A stretch of DNA of 49,778 bases, taken from positions 1 through 49,778 of the forward strand of contig JBBQIC010000001.1 of assembly GCA_038324555.1 (NCBI GenBank), read 5' to 3'. Made by a program: the position numbers and the translations under genes. The stretch is from Chloroflexia bacterium. GTDB taxonomy: Bacteria; Chloroflexota; Chloroflexia; QHBQ01; JADMIH01. Under the pieces are notes generated by a model. The model made no database searches. It saw nothing but the letters and a program-made list of their open reading frames with translations, and had not been told where the DNA came from. Shown piece after piece: positions 1-7,242 of this stretch. The stretch's first letter is position 1, and the number at the start of each line of letters is the position of its first letter.

Positions 1-1506
1 GGCTCCCAGGTCCGTAACCCCGCGCTCTTCACTGATTACACCTTCTGCGTCGGCGCCCCAGGCTCCTGCGGCGCAACCCCAACAAACACCCGTACCAGCA
101 CGCGCGTACCGCCCACCAATACTCGCACCAATACATCCACAGCTACACCCGCGCCAGCGACGGCGACAGGTACGTTTACTAACACACCTACAGCTACACG
201 CGCTCCAGCGACAGGTACGTTTACTAACACGCCTACACCCGCGCCAGCGACGGCGACGGCGACGGCGACAGGTACGTTTACTAGCACACCTACACCCGCA
301 CCGCCCACCAACACCCCCACGCGGACCAACACACCGGCGTGTGGCCCTGTGACCTACGTCAGCACGGATGCGGCCAGGGCTATCCCAGATTACAACACGA
401 TCAGGTCTCTACTCTCTATCCCGGATGGGCCGATCATCTCACAGATAGAAGTGGTAAACGCCAACTTTGGTCACACCTTTCCCGCTGACCTTGACGTGTT
501 CTTGGTCAGCCCTTCGGGTACGAGAGTGGAACTATTCACCGATGTGTGCTCAAGCCTGGACTGGACTTCTGCCAACACGGGCTTTACTCTATCCAGCAGT
601 GGGAGTCGCGTCATCGGTTCCGTATGCCCTCCAGGCGCCCTTACCTACCGGCCTGAAGGCTCGCTAAACGATCTAATAGGCCAGGCCTCAGCAGGGACCT
701 GGGTATTGGAAGTTACCGACGACAGGATTGGGGACGTGGGTACTCTCAATAGATGGGGACTTCGGATCACGGGTGATTCGACTTGCGGAGCCATAACTCC
801 TACGCCTACAGGCACGTACACGCCCGTATCCACAGCAACCAGCACGTCAGCGCTTCCCACGTTCACCCCAACTAATACCGCTACACGCACGCGCACGCCG
901 ATAACGGCCCCTACTTTTACCCCTACAAACACGCCCCCGCTTGTGAACACGCCAACTAATACGCGCACAGTTGCCAGGAGTTCTACCCCTACTGTGACGC
1001 CCACCGACACTCCTACCATCAGGCCCACAGGCACAGCAACAAGCACACCCACTAACACGCCGTGCCCGGGTAGCACCACGATACAAGGGGCTATAACCAC
1101 CAGCGATGTGCGGCAACGGGGCAGAATCGTGCGGAGCCATATCCCAAGCGTATGCGGCACAATCAAAGCTTGCCCCGCCCTCGATAGCAGCAGCAGCCTG
1201 AGGTACTTTGACTCCTACTCGTTTGCCAACACCACAGGCATCGCTCAATGCGTTACCATCAGCCTGACTACGGCGTGTTCAGGAACTAACGACATATTCA
1301 GCACGGCCTACCTGGGAACTTATCATTACACAGACCTGTGTATTAACTACAGAGGAGACATCGGATACAGCCCAGGCGAAGTGGGCGGTACTAGCAGTTA
1401 CTCTATTTCCGTACCCGCAGGGGCAACCTTCGTGGTGGTAGTGCATGAGATAACGCCCGGCGCAGGGTGCTCGGCTTATACACTCAACATAGAGACTTGC
1501 CACTAG
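1..1506 (+). CDS. Secreted protein with proprotein-convertase P-domain, Thr/Pro-rich linkers and a Cys-containing C-terminal domain (5' partial)
   Basis: Frame 1 is open from nt 1 to TAG 1504-1506. The track 'M' at 349 is an internal GTG. FGHTFPADLDVFLVSPSGTRVELF...GTWVLEVTDDRIGDVGTLNRWGLRI fits the P_proprotein pattern. TPTNTPT-type linkers lie on both sides. Confidence 0.75.
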   Translation, partial: GSQVRNPALFTDYTFCVGAPGSCGATPTNTRTSTRVPPTNTRTNTSTATPAPATATGTFTNTPTATRAPATGTFTNTPTPAPATATATATGTFTSTPTPAPPTNTPTRTNTPACGPVTYVSTDAARAIPDYNTIRSLLSIPDGPIISQIEVVNANFGHTFPADLDVFLVSPSGTRVELFTDVCSSLDWTSANTGFTLSSSGSRVIGSVCPPGALTYRPEGSLNDLIGQASAGTWVLEVTDDRIGDVGTLNRWGLRITGDSTCGAITPTPTGTYTPVSTATSTSALPTFTPTNTATRTRTPITAPTFTPTNTPPLVNTPTNTRTVARSSTPTVTPTDTPTIRPTGTATSTPTNTPCPGSTTIQGAITTSDVRQRGRIVRSHIPSVCGTIKACPALDSSSSLRYFDSYSFANTTGIAQCVTISLTTACSGTNDIFSTAYLGTYHYTDLCINYRGDIGYSPGEVGGTSSYSISVPAGATFVVVVHEITPGAGCSAYTLNIETCH

Positions 1507-1542
1507 GTGGCCGGGATATGAGGCAGCGAACCAATTGCGGAC

Positions 1543-1591
1543 ATCAGCCATCAGCTATCAGTTATCAGCCGTCAGAAGCTGGTAGCTGGTA
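1543..1591. repeat. Heptamer tandem hairpin (atcagcc x5 / gctggta x2)
   Basis: atcagcc atcagct atcagtt atcagcc gtcagaa gctggta gctggta. The arms pair with G-U wobbles. Confidence 0.6.
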
Positions 1592-1630
1592 ACTCACCTT
1601 ACGCAGACTCTTGAAGGAAAAGGACTACGC

Positions 1631-1660
1631 CAACCCGTAGGGGCAGGCCCCTACGGGTTG
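1631..1660. repeat. GC palindrome caacccgtaggggc-ag-gcccctacgggttg
   Basis: 14-bp perfect arms read directly from the sequence. Confidence 0.85.
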
Positions 1661-1696
1661 CTCCCCAAGTCTGGACCCTTATGCGGTATGCAGACA

Positions 1697-1717
1697 GGGC
1701 GACCACAAGGGTCGCCC
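1697..1717. repeat. GC palindrome gggcgacc-acaag-ggtcgccc
   Basis: 8-bp perfect arms. Confidence 0.7.
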
Positions 1718-1838
1718 CTACGGATAGATTTTCCTCTACCTCTAACTCTGCACAGTAACGTATCCACACCTCAATTAGCCGATTTCACCCTTATGTGATA
1801 AAATACCCTCTGCCTAGACTGATAACAGAGGGTGCCTA

Positions 1839-2888
1839 ATGCCGAACGAAATCCTGATAAATCAACTCGATATGCTGCGCGACACATACGCCCAACAACA
1901 ACGCACTGTAGTGGCGTTGCAAACCGCTTTCAAGGCCGTCACAAACGCGCAGAGCAAGGCGCAAAAGGTGTTACAAGAACTCAGCGCGCAGAGCGTGGGG
2001 ACCAGTATCACCGGCGTCAACGACTCGCAAGAAGCCTTTGCCCGCACGCGATTGAAGGAAGAGGCTATTGATCCTCTGCTGCCGGAACTACGCCGCGAGC
2101 TAAAGGGTCTGACCTCCCTGACTGCCGCGCTCAGAGACGCGAGCACTGCGCTTCGTAGCGAGCCGGTGGACGTGGTGCGCCTCGATAGAGCCTCCACGAT
2201 GCTGCAAACCGCCAGGCAGCAAGACGTGCTTGATCTGCTCCCACAGCTTGGCGAAGAATTGGACCTGGCACAGCGTGTGCTGGGTGATGAGTTCGGCCAG
2301 AGACTGCGCGACGCACTTGCCGAACAGGGCGTCGAGATCGGCGGGCGCGCCCCAAGGTTCGAGATTGGGCGTTTCGAGCTTGAGGCTAACTTCGCCCGGC
2401 GATTCGTCGCGTTACGCTACGGCAAAGATATAGTGGTGCCCCACGCTCCTATCACAGTGGACGCTGTCATGAAGGCTTACCAGGCAGCAGCCAAAGCAGT
2501 GTGCGGGCGCAACCAGGACGGCAATGCCTGGATCGCCCAGTTCCACGAAGCCTACCAGGTGGCGAAGCGCAAACGTCCGGCGAACGGAACGCGGGTAAAC
2601 ATCGTAGAGTGCTACATCGAGATAGTGCTGCTACGCCAGGGACGCGCATTCTCAAGCGAGCCGAGCAAGCGCACCTTTACCGACTACACGCGGGCGCAAT
2701 TCGCCTATGATTTCTACGAGTTCGCCGACCGCCTACGTCTCGCATACAACGACCATATGGTCAAAGCCCACAGCGCCACCAAATCCCAGACCGATAGCCC
2801 GGCAAAGAGCTTCTGGATCGTCGAAGGCGACACACCCTACGACGGGCGCTATATCGCCGACGTGGAATTCGTGAAACGTGAAACGTGA
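1839..2888 (+). CDS. Hypothetical protein: helical/coiled-coil N-terminal half plus uncharacterised C-terminal domain. First gene of the ATPase/helicase cluster.
   Basis: 349-aa ORF with ATG preceded by GAGGG (cagagggtgcctaATG). I recognise no family motif. The last 5 codons and the TGA lie inside the gtgaaac repeat. Confidence 0.6.
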   Translation: MPNEILINQLDMLRDTYAQQQRTVVALQTAFKAVTNAQSKAQKVLQELSAQSVGTSITGVNDSQEAFARTRLKEEAIDPLLPELRRELKGLTSLTAALRDASTALRSEPVDVVRLDRASTMLQTARQQDVLDLLPQLGEELDLAQRVLGDEFGQRLRDALAEQGVEIGGRAPRFEIGRFELEANFARRFVALRYGKDIVVPHAPITVDAVMKAYQAAAKAVCGRNQDGNAWIAQFHEAYQVAKRKRPANGTRVNIVECYIEIVLLRQGRAFSSEPSKRTFTDYTRAQFAYDFYEFADRLRLAYNDHMVKAHSATKSQTDSPAKSFWIVEGDTPYDGRYIADVEFVKRET

Positions 2889-2939
2889 AACGTGAAACGT
2901 GAAACGTGAAACGTGAATTACGATAATCACGTTTCACGT
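2871..2939. repeat. gtgaaac-family hairpin element
   Basis: (gtgaaac) x~6, loop gaattacgataatc, then acgtttcacgt. Contains the stop of the 1839-2888 gene. Confidence 0.9.
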
Positions 2940-2959
2940 ATAGAAGGAGAAGAGGAGCT

Positions 2960-4258
2960 GTGCTGCCTGAACCACGCCTCGCCCGGCAGATCATCGAAAC
3001 ACTCGGCCAATCGGGCACACCTATGTCAAAGGGCGTCAGCTACTACAACGTGGGTAACGAGTCGCTGCTCAACGCCATTGACACGCACTACCTGGGGTCA
3101 TACCTGGCGGACGGCGGGGCGGCCTTCAAACTGGTGGTTGGAGACTACGGCAGTGGCAAGTCGCACTTCCTGTATTGCGTGCGCGACCGCGCATGGCAAC
3201 GCGATTTCGCCGTGAGCAAGGTGGACCTCAGCCCCAAGGAAAGCCCCTACGACGATCAGCGCCGGGTATACTCGGCGGTGGCGTCCTCGCTTGTGTGGCA
3301 CGAATTGGGTAGCGGGAGCGAAGATGAGCAGGGGCTGTCGCGCTTCCTCGAAGGCACGCTGAGGCGGTTGGTCGCGCCGCACGGCTTCGATTTCCAGGAC
3401 GAGGGCGCGCAAGACGTTCCCGAAGTGCGCGCTTTCCTGCATACTCTGGAAACCACGCCCGTTGACAGCCTGAGTTTCCATAGGGCCATACAGGGCTACT
3501 TCAACGCGCTACTTCGGGGGCAGGAGCGGCGCGTCGAAACGCTAGAACGTTGGTTGCACGGCGAAGAAGTGACGCCGGAAGATATGCGCGACCTGCGCTC
3601 TATTGGTGTGACCGAGAAGATCAACAAGAACAACGCCTTCAAGATGCTGCGCTCGCTGTGCCAGGCCGTGCGCGCAATGGGCTATACAGGATTGGCCTTG
3701 CTGTTCGATGAAGGCGACCGCATGATGAGCATCGGCGGCAAAGCCGAGAAGACGGCCACCGACAACCTGCGCGAAGTGATAGACCGATGCCGGGAGGACT
3801 TACCGGGCGCGCTCTTCATGTACGCGGTCCCGCCCGATTTCCTGCATACGGTAGTGCCCAAGTATCCGGCGCTACAGCAGCGCGTCCAGGCTGCCGACTA
3901 CTTCTCGCGCGTCAACCCTTTCAGCCCACAGATAGACCTCGACCATCTCGATCTGCCCGACGGCCAACTGCTGATTGAGATCGGCAACCGCCTCCTGCCC
4001 ATCTTCGAGACGGCCTACGATGTGAGGCTTGATCACGAGAAGCAGGCCGCGAACATCGCAACTTTGTCCGGAGCCGCGTGCAATTCGTATCTGGCGATCA
4101 GCCATCGCCGGTTGTTCGTGAAGGCTATCGTCACCGAATGGTATCGCCAGAAAGAGACCGGCGAAAGTGTCATTTCGCCAGAGCACGCCGACGCCCTTAT
4201 CAAAGGGCAAAGTGAAGCCCTGAACCGCCAGGCGGACGAAGAGCAGGGGGCATATTAG
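2960..4258 (+). CDS. P-loop ATPase, BrxD/DUF2791-like
   Basis: GTG start after GAAGGAGAAGAGGAG. Walker A GDYGSGKSHF (3140-3169) and Walker B ALLFDEGD. The N-terminal 'IIETLGQSGTP' segment before the P-loop is typical of the DUF2791 architecture. Family assignment is from motif memory, not from a search. Confidence 0.65.
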   Translation: MLPEPRLARQIIETLGQSGTPMSKGVSYYNVGNESLLNAIDTHYLGSYLADGGAAFKLVVGDYGSGKSHFLYCVRDRAWQRDFAVSKVDLSPKESPYDDQRRVYSAVASSLVWHELGSGSEDEQGLSRFLEGTLRRLVAPHGFDFQDEGAQDVPEVRAFLHTLETTPVDSLSFHRAIQGYFNALLRGQERRVETLERWLHGEEVTPEDMRDLRSIGVTEKINKNNAFKMLRSLCQAVRAMGYTGLALLFDEGDRMMSIGGKAEKTATDNLREVIDRCREDLPGALFMYAVPPDFLHTVVPKYPALQQRVQAADYFSRVNPFSPQIDLDHLDLPDGQLLIEIGNRLLPIFETAYDVRLDHEKQAANIATLSGAACNSYLAISHRRLFVKAIVTEWYRQKETGESVISPEHADALIKGQSEALNRQADEEQGAY

Positions 4259-4262
4259 GGGA

Positions 4263-4334
4263 GTTAGAACGTTGGAACGTTGGAACCTGCCAACGTTCTA
4301 ACGTTCTAACGTTCTAGCGTTCTAACGTTCTAAC
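4263..4334. repeat. gttggaac/gttctaac-family hairpin element (8-nt units)
   Basis: gttagaacgttggaacgttggaac-ctg-ccaacgttctaacgttctaacgttctagcgttctaacgttctaac. Fills the gap between the two ATPase genes. Confidence 0.9.
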
Positions 4335-4336
4335 AC

Positions 4337-5761
4337 ATGGAGCAGTCACCCAAAGTCAATCACTCGCAGTTTGGCCCCGGAACGCTTCTTAAGACGTTCA
4401 TGGGCGGTTTTGAGTGGGAAGTGCAGTTTGATTCGGGGCGGCGATTCCGCCTGCCCGCAAAAGAGTTCGACGGAGTACAAGGGGTGGCGGGACCAGGGGT
4501 TGGGGACTGGGGATCAGAAGTTAGGGACCGGTCCCCAATTTTGCAGCGCGCGGCGACGTTGGACGTTGACCAGTTTCGGGCGCAGCAAACGCTGGAGAGC
4601 CTTCGCGTTGGCATCGTGCCTGTGCAGGACGCCGAAACGCTCACTATCGGTCTGGAAGCCGAGCGGGTGACGCTGGACAGGGCGTTGGACCGTAGTAGAG
4701 AACGGGGCGGCGACGTGCTGGCGATCATCGGGGATTATGGCTTCGGCAAGAGCCACTTTATCGAACTGACGGCGCGGCGCGGGTTGCGCGAGAACTTCAT
4801 CGTGGCAGGCGCAAGCCTCGACCTGGTGGAAACGCCGCCCGGCAAGGCGCACAAGATTTACGAGGCGCTGGTGACGTCGCTGCGTTATCCCGACACCGAG
4901 CAGCGCGGACTGGCTCCCCTGCTGAATAAGGCGCTGGAAAACCCCTCGGTGATCGCCCGCTTCGTAGAGTTGTGCCCCCGCGAACCGAGGAGTTGCCCAC
5001 TCGCGTCGGCGTTGCTGGCGCTCCAGGATTGTCCCAGCCAATTAGCGTTCGACCAGATCGTGCAGTGGTTGAGCGGGCAGGCCAAACCGCAGGCTGAGAT
5101 GAAAAGCTGCCTTAAGAAGCCGCCTCCCCTCTATGTCACACGCGAAACAGCGCGGCAGTATACCTACCTGCTTACAGGCATTAGCACGCTGGCGACCATG
5201 CTGGGATATAGCGGGCTAGTCGTGCTGATTGACGAGTCCGAGCACTATTCGCTGCTGCGCACTTCACAGCGCGAGCGGGCCGACTCGTTCTTCAAGGCGA
5301 TGATAGTTAGCGCGTTGGGGCTGAACAACGCTCGCATAGACGCCCGCGAAATCCCCGACAACTCTCGCGCCGAGTACCCTGTGAGCTACGCCTCCGAAGC
5401 CCACATGCTATTCCTCTTTGCTCTCACGGAGAGCGCGGACCGGATGCCGGTGGGCACATGGCTCGCGCCCTCGCATATAGTCCGATTGGACGACCGTTTT
5501 ATCGAGAAGGACATCCGCGAGTTCTTCGAGACGCTGCTGCGCTACCATGCTCTGGCCTACAGCTACTCACCCACGCCCGAAGGCCATGGGGAGACCGTCC
5601 CCAGCGCAACGGAGATGCTCTCTCGCGCTCTTGGTCAGCACCGTGTGAACCTGCGCCAGCTGATCCGCACCGCAGTGACGGTGTGCGACCTGCTCTACCT
5701 CTACCCCGACTATCTGCCCGCCAAGCTGCTGGAAGAATTGAAGCGTGGGTTGAGGGTTTAA
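4337..5761 (+). CDS. P-loop ATPase, BrxD/DUF2791-like paralog with N-terminal Tudor/SH3-like domain
   Basis: Walker A GDYGFGKSHF (4731-4760), Walker B VVLIDESE, and 'ESLRVGIVPVQDAETLTIGLE' ahead of the P-loop. The N-terminus HSQFGPGTLLKTF..WEVQFDSGRRFRLPAKEF resembles the PcrA/UvrD C-terminal Tudor-like (DUF3553-type) motif. Confidence 0.65.
   Translation: MEQSPKVNHSQFGPGTLLKTFMGGFEWEVQFDSGRRFRLPAKEFDGVQGVAGPGVGDWGSEVRDRSPILQRAATLDVDQFRAQQTLESLRVGIVPVQDAETLTIGLEAERVTLDRALDRSRERGGDVLAIIGDYGFGKSHFIELTARRGLRENFIVAGASLDLVETPPGKAHKIYEALVTSLRYPDTEQRGLAPLLNKALENPSVIARFVELCPREPRSCPLASALLALQDCPSQLAFDQIVQWLSGQAKPQAEMKSCLKKPPPLYVTRETARQYTYLLTGISTLATMLGYSGLVVLIDESEHYSLLRTSQRERADSFFKAMIVSALGLNNARIDAREIPDNSRAEYPVSYASEAHMLFLFALTESADRMPVGTWLAPSHIVRLDDRFIEKDIREFFETLLRYHALAYSYSPTPEGHGETVPSATEMLSRALGQHRVNLRQLIRTAVTVCDLLYLYPDYLPAKLLEELKRGLRV
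4489..4538. repeat. cagggat/ggggatc-family element inserted in frame in the second ATPase
   Basis: gggaccaggggttggggactggggatcag...gggaccggtcccc. ttggggac (4500-4507) pairs with gtccccaa (4531-4538). Encodes GPGVGDWGSEVRDRSP. Confidence 0.65.
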
Positions 5762-5790
5762 CTGCCCGAGTTATATGCCCACACACCTAC

Positions 5791-5819
5791 TTGATGCTGC
5801 TATCGCATCCTGCTACAAT
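5791..5819 (+). promoter_or_regulatory. Sigma-70-like promoter for vapBC (TTGATG-17 nt-TACAAT)
   Basis: ttgatg (5791-5796), 17-nt spacer, tacaat (5814-5819). Lies 65 nt upstream of the antitoxin ATG. Confidence 0.45.
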
Positions 5820-5883
5820 GAACTTGAGGCATGGTGCGCAATCGTGCGCTTAAGTCTAAACTATAAATCAAAGAGAAATAACA

Positions 5884-6174
5884 ATGGAGATTACCCTAAC
5901 ACCGGACATTGAACAAGCTCTGCGGGAGCAAGCTGAACGGCGCGGGACTACGCCGGAGCAGCTTGCGATAGAGAGTTTGCGCCAGCAGTTCGTGCATCCA
6001 ACGCAGAGCGAGCGACCGGCAGAGGGCCAAAGAACGCTCGCAGATTTCCTCGGCGACTCCATCGGAGTTCTACACAGCCACGAGCACGTTCCAGGTGGTG
6101 CACGGATGTCTGAGGTTACAAGTGAGACCTTTACGAAAGGGCTAATCGAGAAGAGGGCGCGAGGTCAGCTGTGA
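5884..6174 (+). CDS. Type II antitoxin (VapB-like)
   Basis: 96-aa ORF overlapping the downstream PIN gene by 4 nt (GTGA). N-terminus MEITLTPDIEQALREQAERRGTTPEQLAIESLRQ is typical of small DNA-binding antitoxins. Confidence 0.7.
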   Translation: MEITLTPDIEQALREQAERRGTTPEQLAIESLRQQFVHPTQSERPAEGQRTLADFLGDSIGVLHSHEHVPGGARMSEVTSETFTKGLIEKRARGQL

Positions 6175-6581
6175 TTCTTATGGATACAGGCCCCATAATC
6201 GCCCTTTTAGATACGGACGATTCTAATCATACAGCTTGCATGGCTACCGCACAACGCTTGCCCCCTGAGCCACTGCTCACAACGTGGCCGTGCTTTACCG
6301 AAGCCATGTATTTGCTAGGGGCAGTAGGTGGCTACCGGTACCAGGCAAAACTTTGGCAGCTGTGGGAAGCAAAGCGACTCGTTTTATATGACTTCACGTC
6401 CACAGAGCTAGAGCGTATGCCTCTATTGATGGAAAAATACCGCGATACACCGATGGACCTTGCCGATGCATCGTTGATTGTATTGGCAGAGAGTCTTTCT
6501 CTCAAACAGATTTTCACGGTGGACAGAGATTTCTACGTCTACCGTTTGGCGGATGGAACGGCGCTGGAAGTTATCAAGTGA
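6171..6581 (+). CDS. vapC: PIN-domain toxin, VapC family
   Basis: ILMDTGPIIALLD (first acidic residue), DLADASLIVLAE, FTVDRDF. Spacing is PIN-like. Coupled to the upstream antitoxin. Confidence 0.8.
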   Translation: MILMDTGPIIALLDTDDSNHTACMATAQRLPPEPLLTTWPCFTEAMYLLGAVGGYRYQAKLWQLWEAKRLVLYDFTSTELERMPLLMEKYRDTPMDLADASLIVLAESLSLKQIFTVDRDFYVYRLADGTALEVIK

Positions 6582-6632
6582 TAAGGGTTATCGCAGTGCT
6601 GTAATCGTCAGACAGAGATAAAGGCAGAATCC

Positions 6633-7232
6633 ATGGCGCTACAACTTGAACCAAGAACCGGCATCAGGCGGCACATTGTCTCTCTCGATGAATACGACCG
6701 GATGATAGAGGCAGGGGTGTTTGAGCCGGAAGCGCGCGTTGAGCTTATTAGAGGTGAGATTGTAGATATGCCCCCTCCCGGACCTGAACACGAAACCTCA
6801 GTTACACGGTTACACCTACTCTTCTTTGAACAGTGCCGCAGGCGTGCCATTGTGTGGCCGCAGGGCAATTCCATTGGCTTACCCCAAAGCACATCACGCC
6901 CGCAACCCGATGTTACAATACTGAAATGGCGTGACGACCTCTACTCAGGCAAGCGTCCCATGCCGGAAGATGTAATCCTAATTGCTGAAGTTGCAGATAG
7001 CAGCCTCAAACTCGACCGTGGGAGTAAGTTAGGACTCTACGCTGAGGCAGGTGTTCAGGAATACTGGGTGATCAACCTCGTGGACGGCATTGTTGAAATA
7101 TATACAAACCCCAGCGCAGGCAAGTATCAGGTCGTCAGGGCAGCCCACGAGGGTGAGACGTTGCGACTGCCAGGCGGTCTGGATGGGGGCGTTGCTGTCA
7201 GCGACATATTGAGCCAGGAGTTGACACCCTGA
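6633..7232 (+). CDS. Uma2-family (DUF820) putative PD-(D/E)xK endonuclease
   Basis: ELIRGEIVDMPPPGPEHE, PDVTIL, LIAEVADSS...KLGLYAEAGVQEYWVINL is the characteristic Uma2 pattern. Confidence 0.8.
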   Translation: MALQLEPRTGIRRHIVSLDEYDRMIEAGVFEPEARVELIRGEIVDMPPPGPEHETSVTRLHLLFFEQCRRRAIVWPQGNSIGLPQSTSRPQPDVTILKWRDDLYSGKRPMPEDVILIAEVADSSLKLDRGSKLGLYAEAGVQEYWVINLVDGIVEIYTNPSAGKYQVVRAAHEGETLRLPGGLDGGVAVSDILSQELTP

Positions 7233-7242
7233 GACCCGTCTG

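Noticed and set aside
36-1248. Long minus-strand ORFs (36-332, 645-1166, 847-1248), rich in V/G/A/R, opposite the P-domain gene
   Set aside because: They are antisense read-through of the Thr/Pro-rich (ACN/CCN) linker coding sequence. They have no motifs, and the plus-strand frame carries a clear P-domain.
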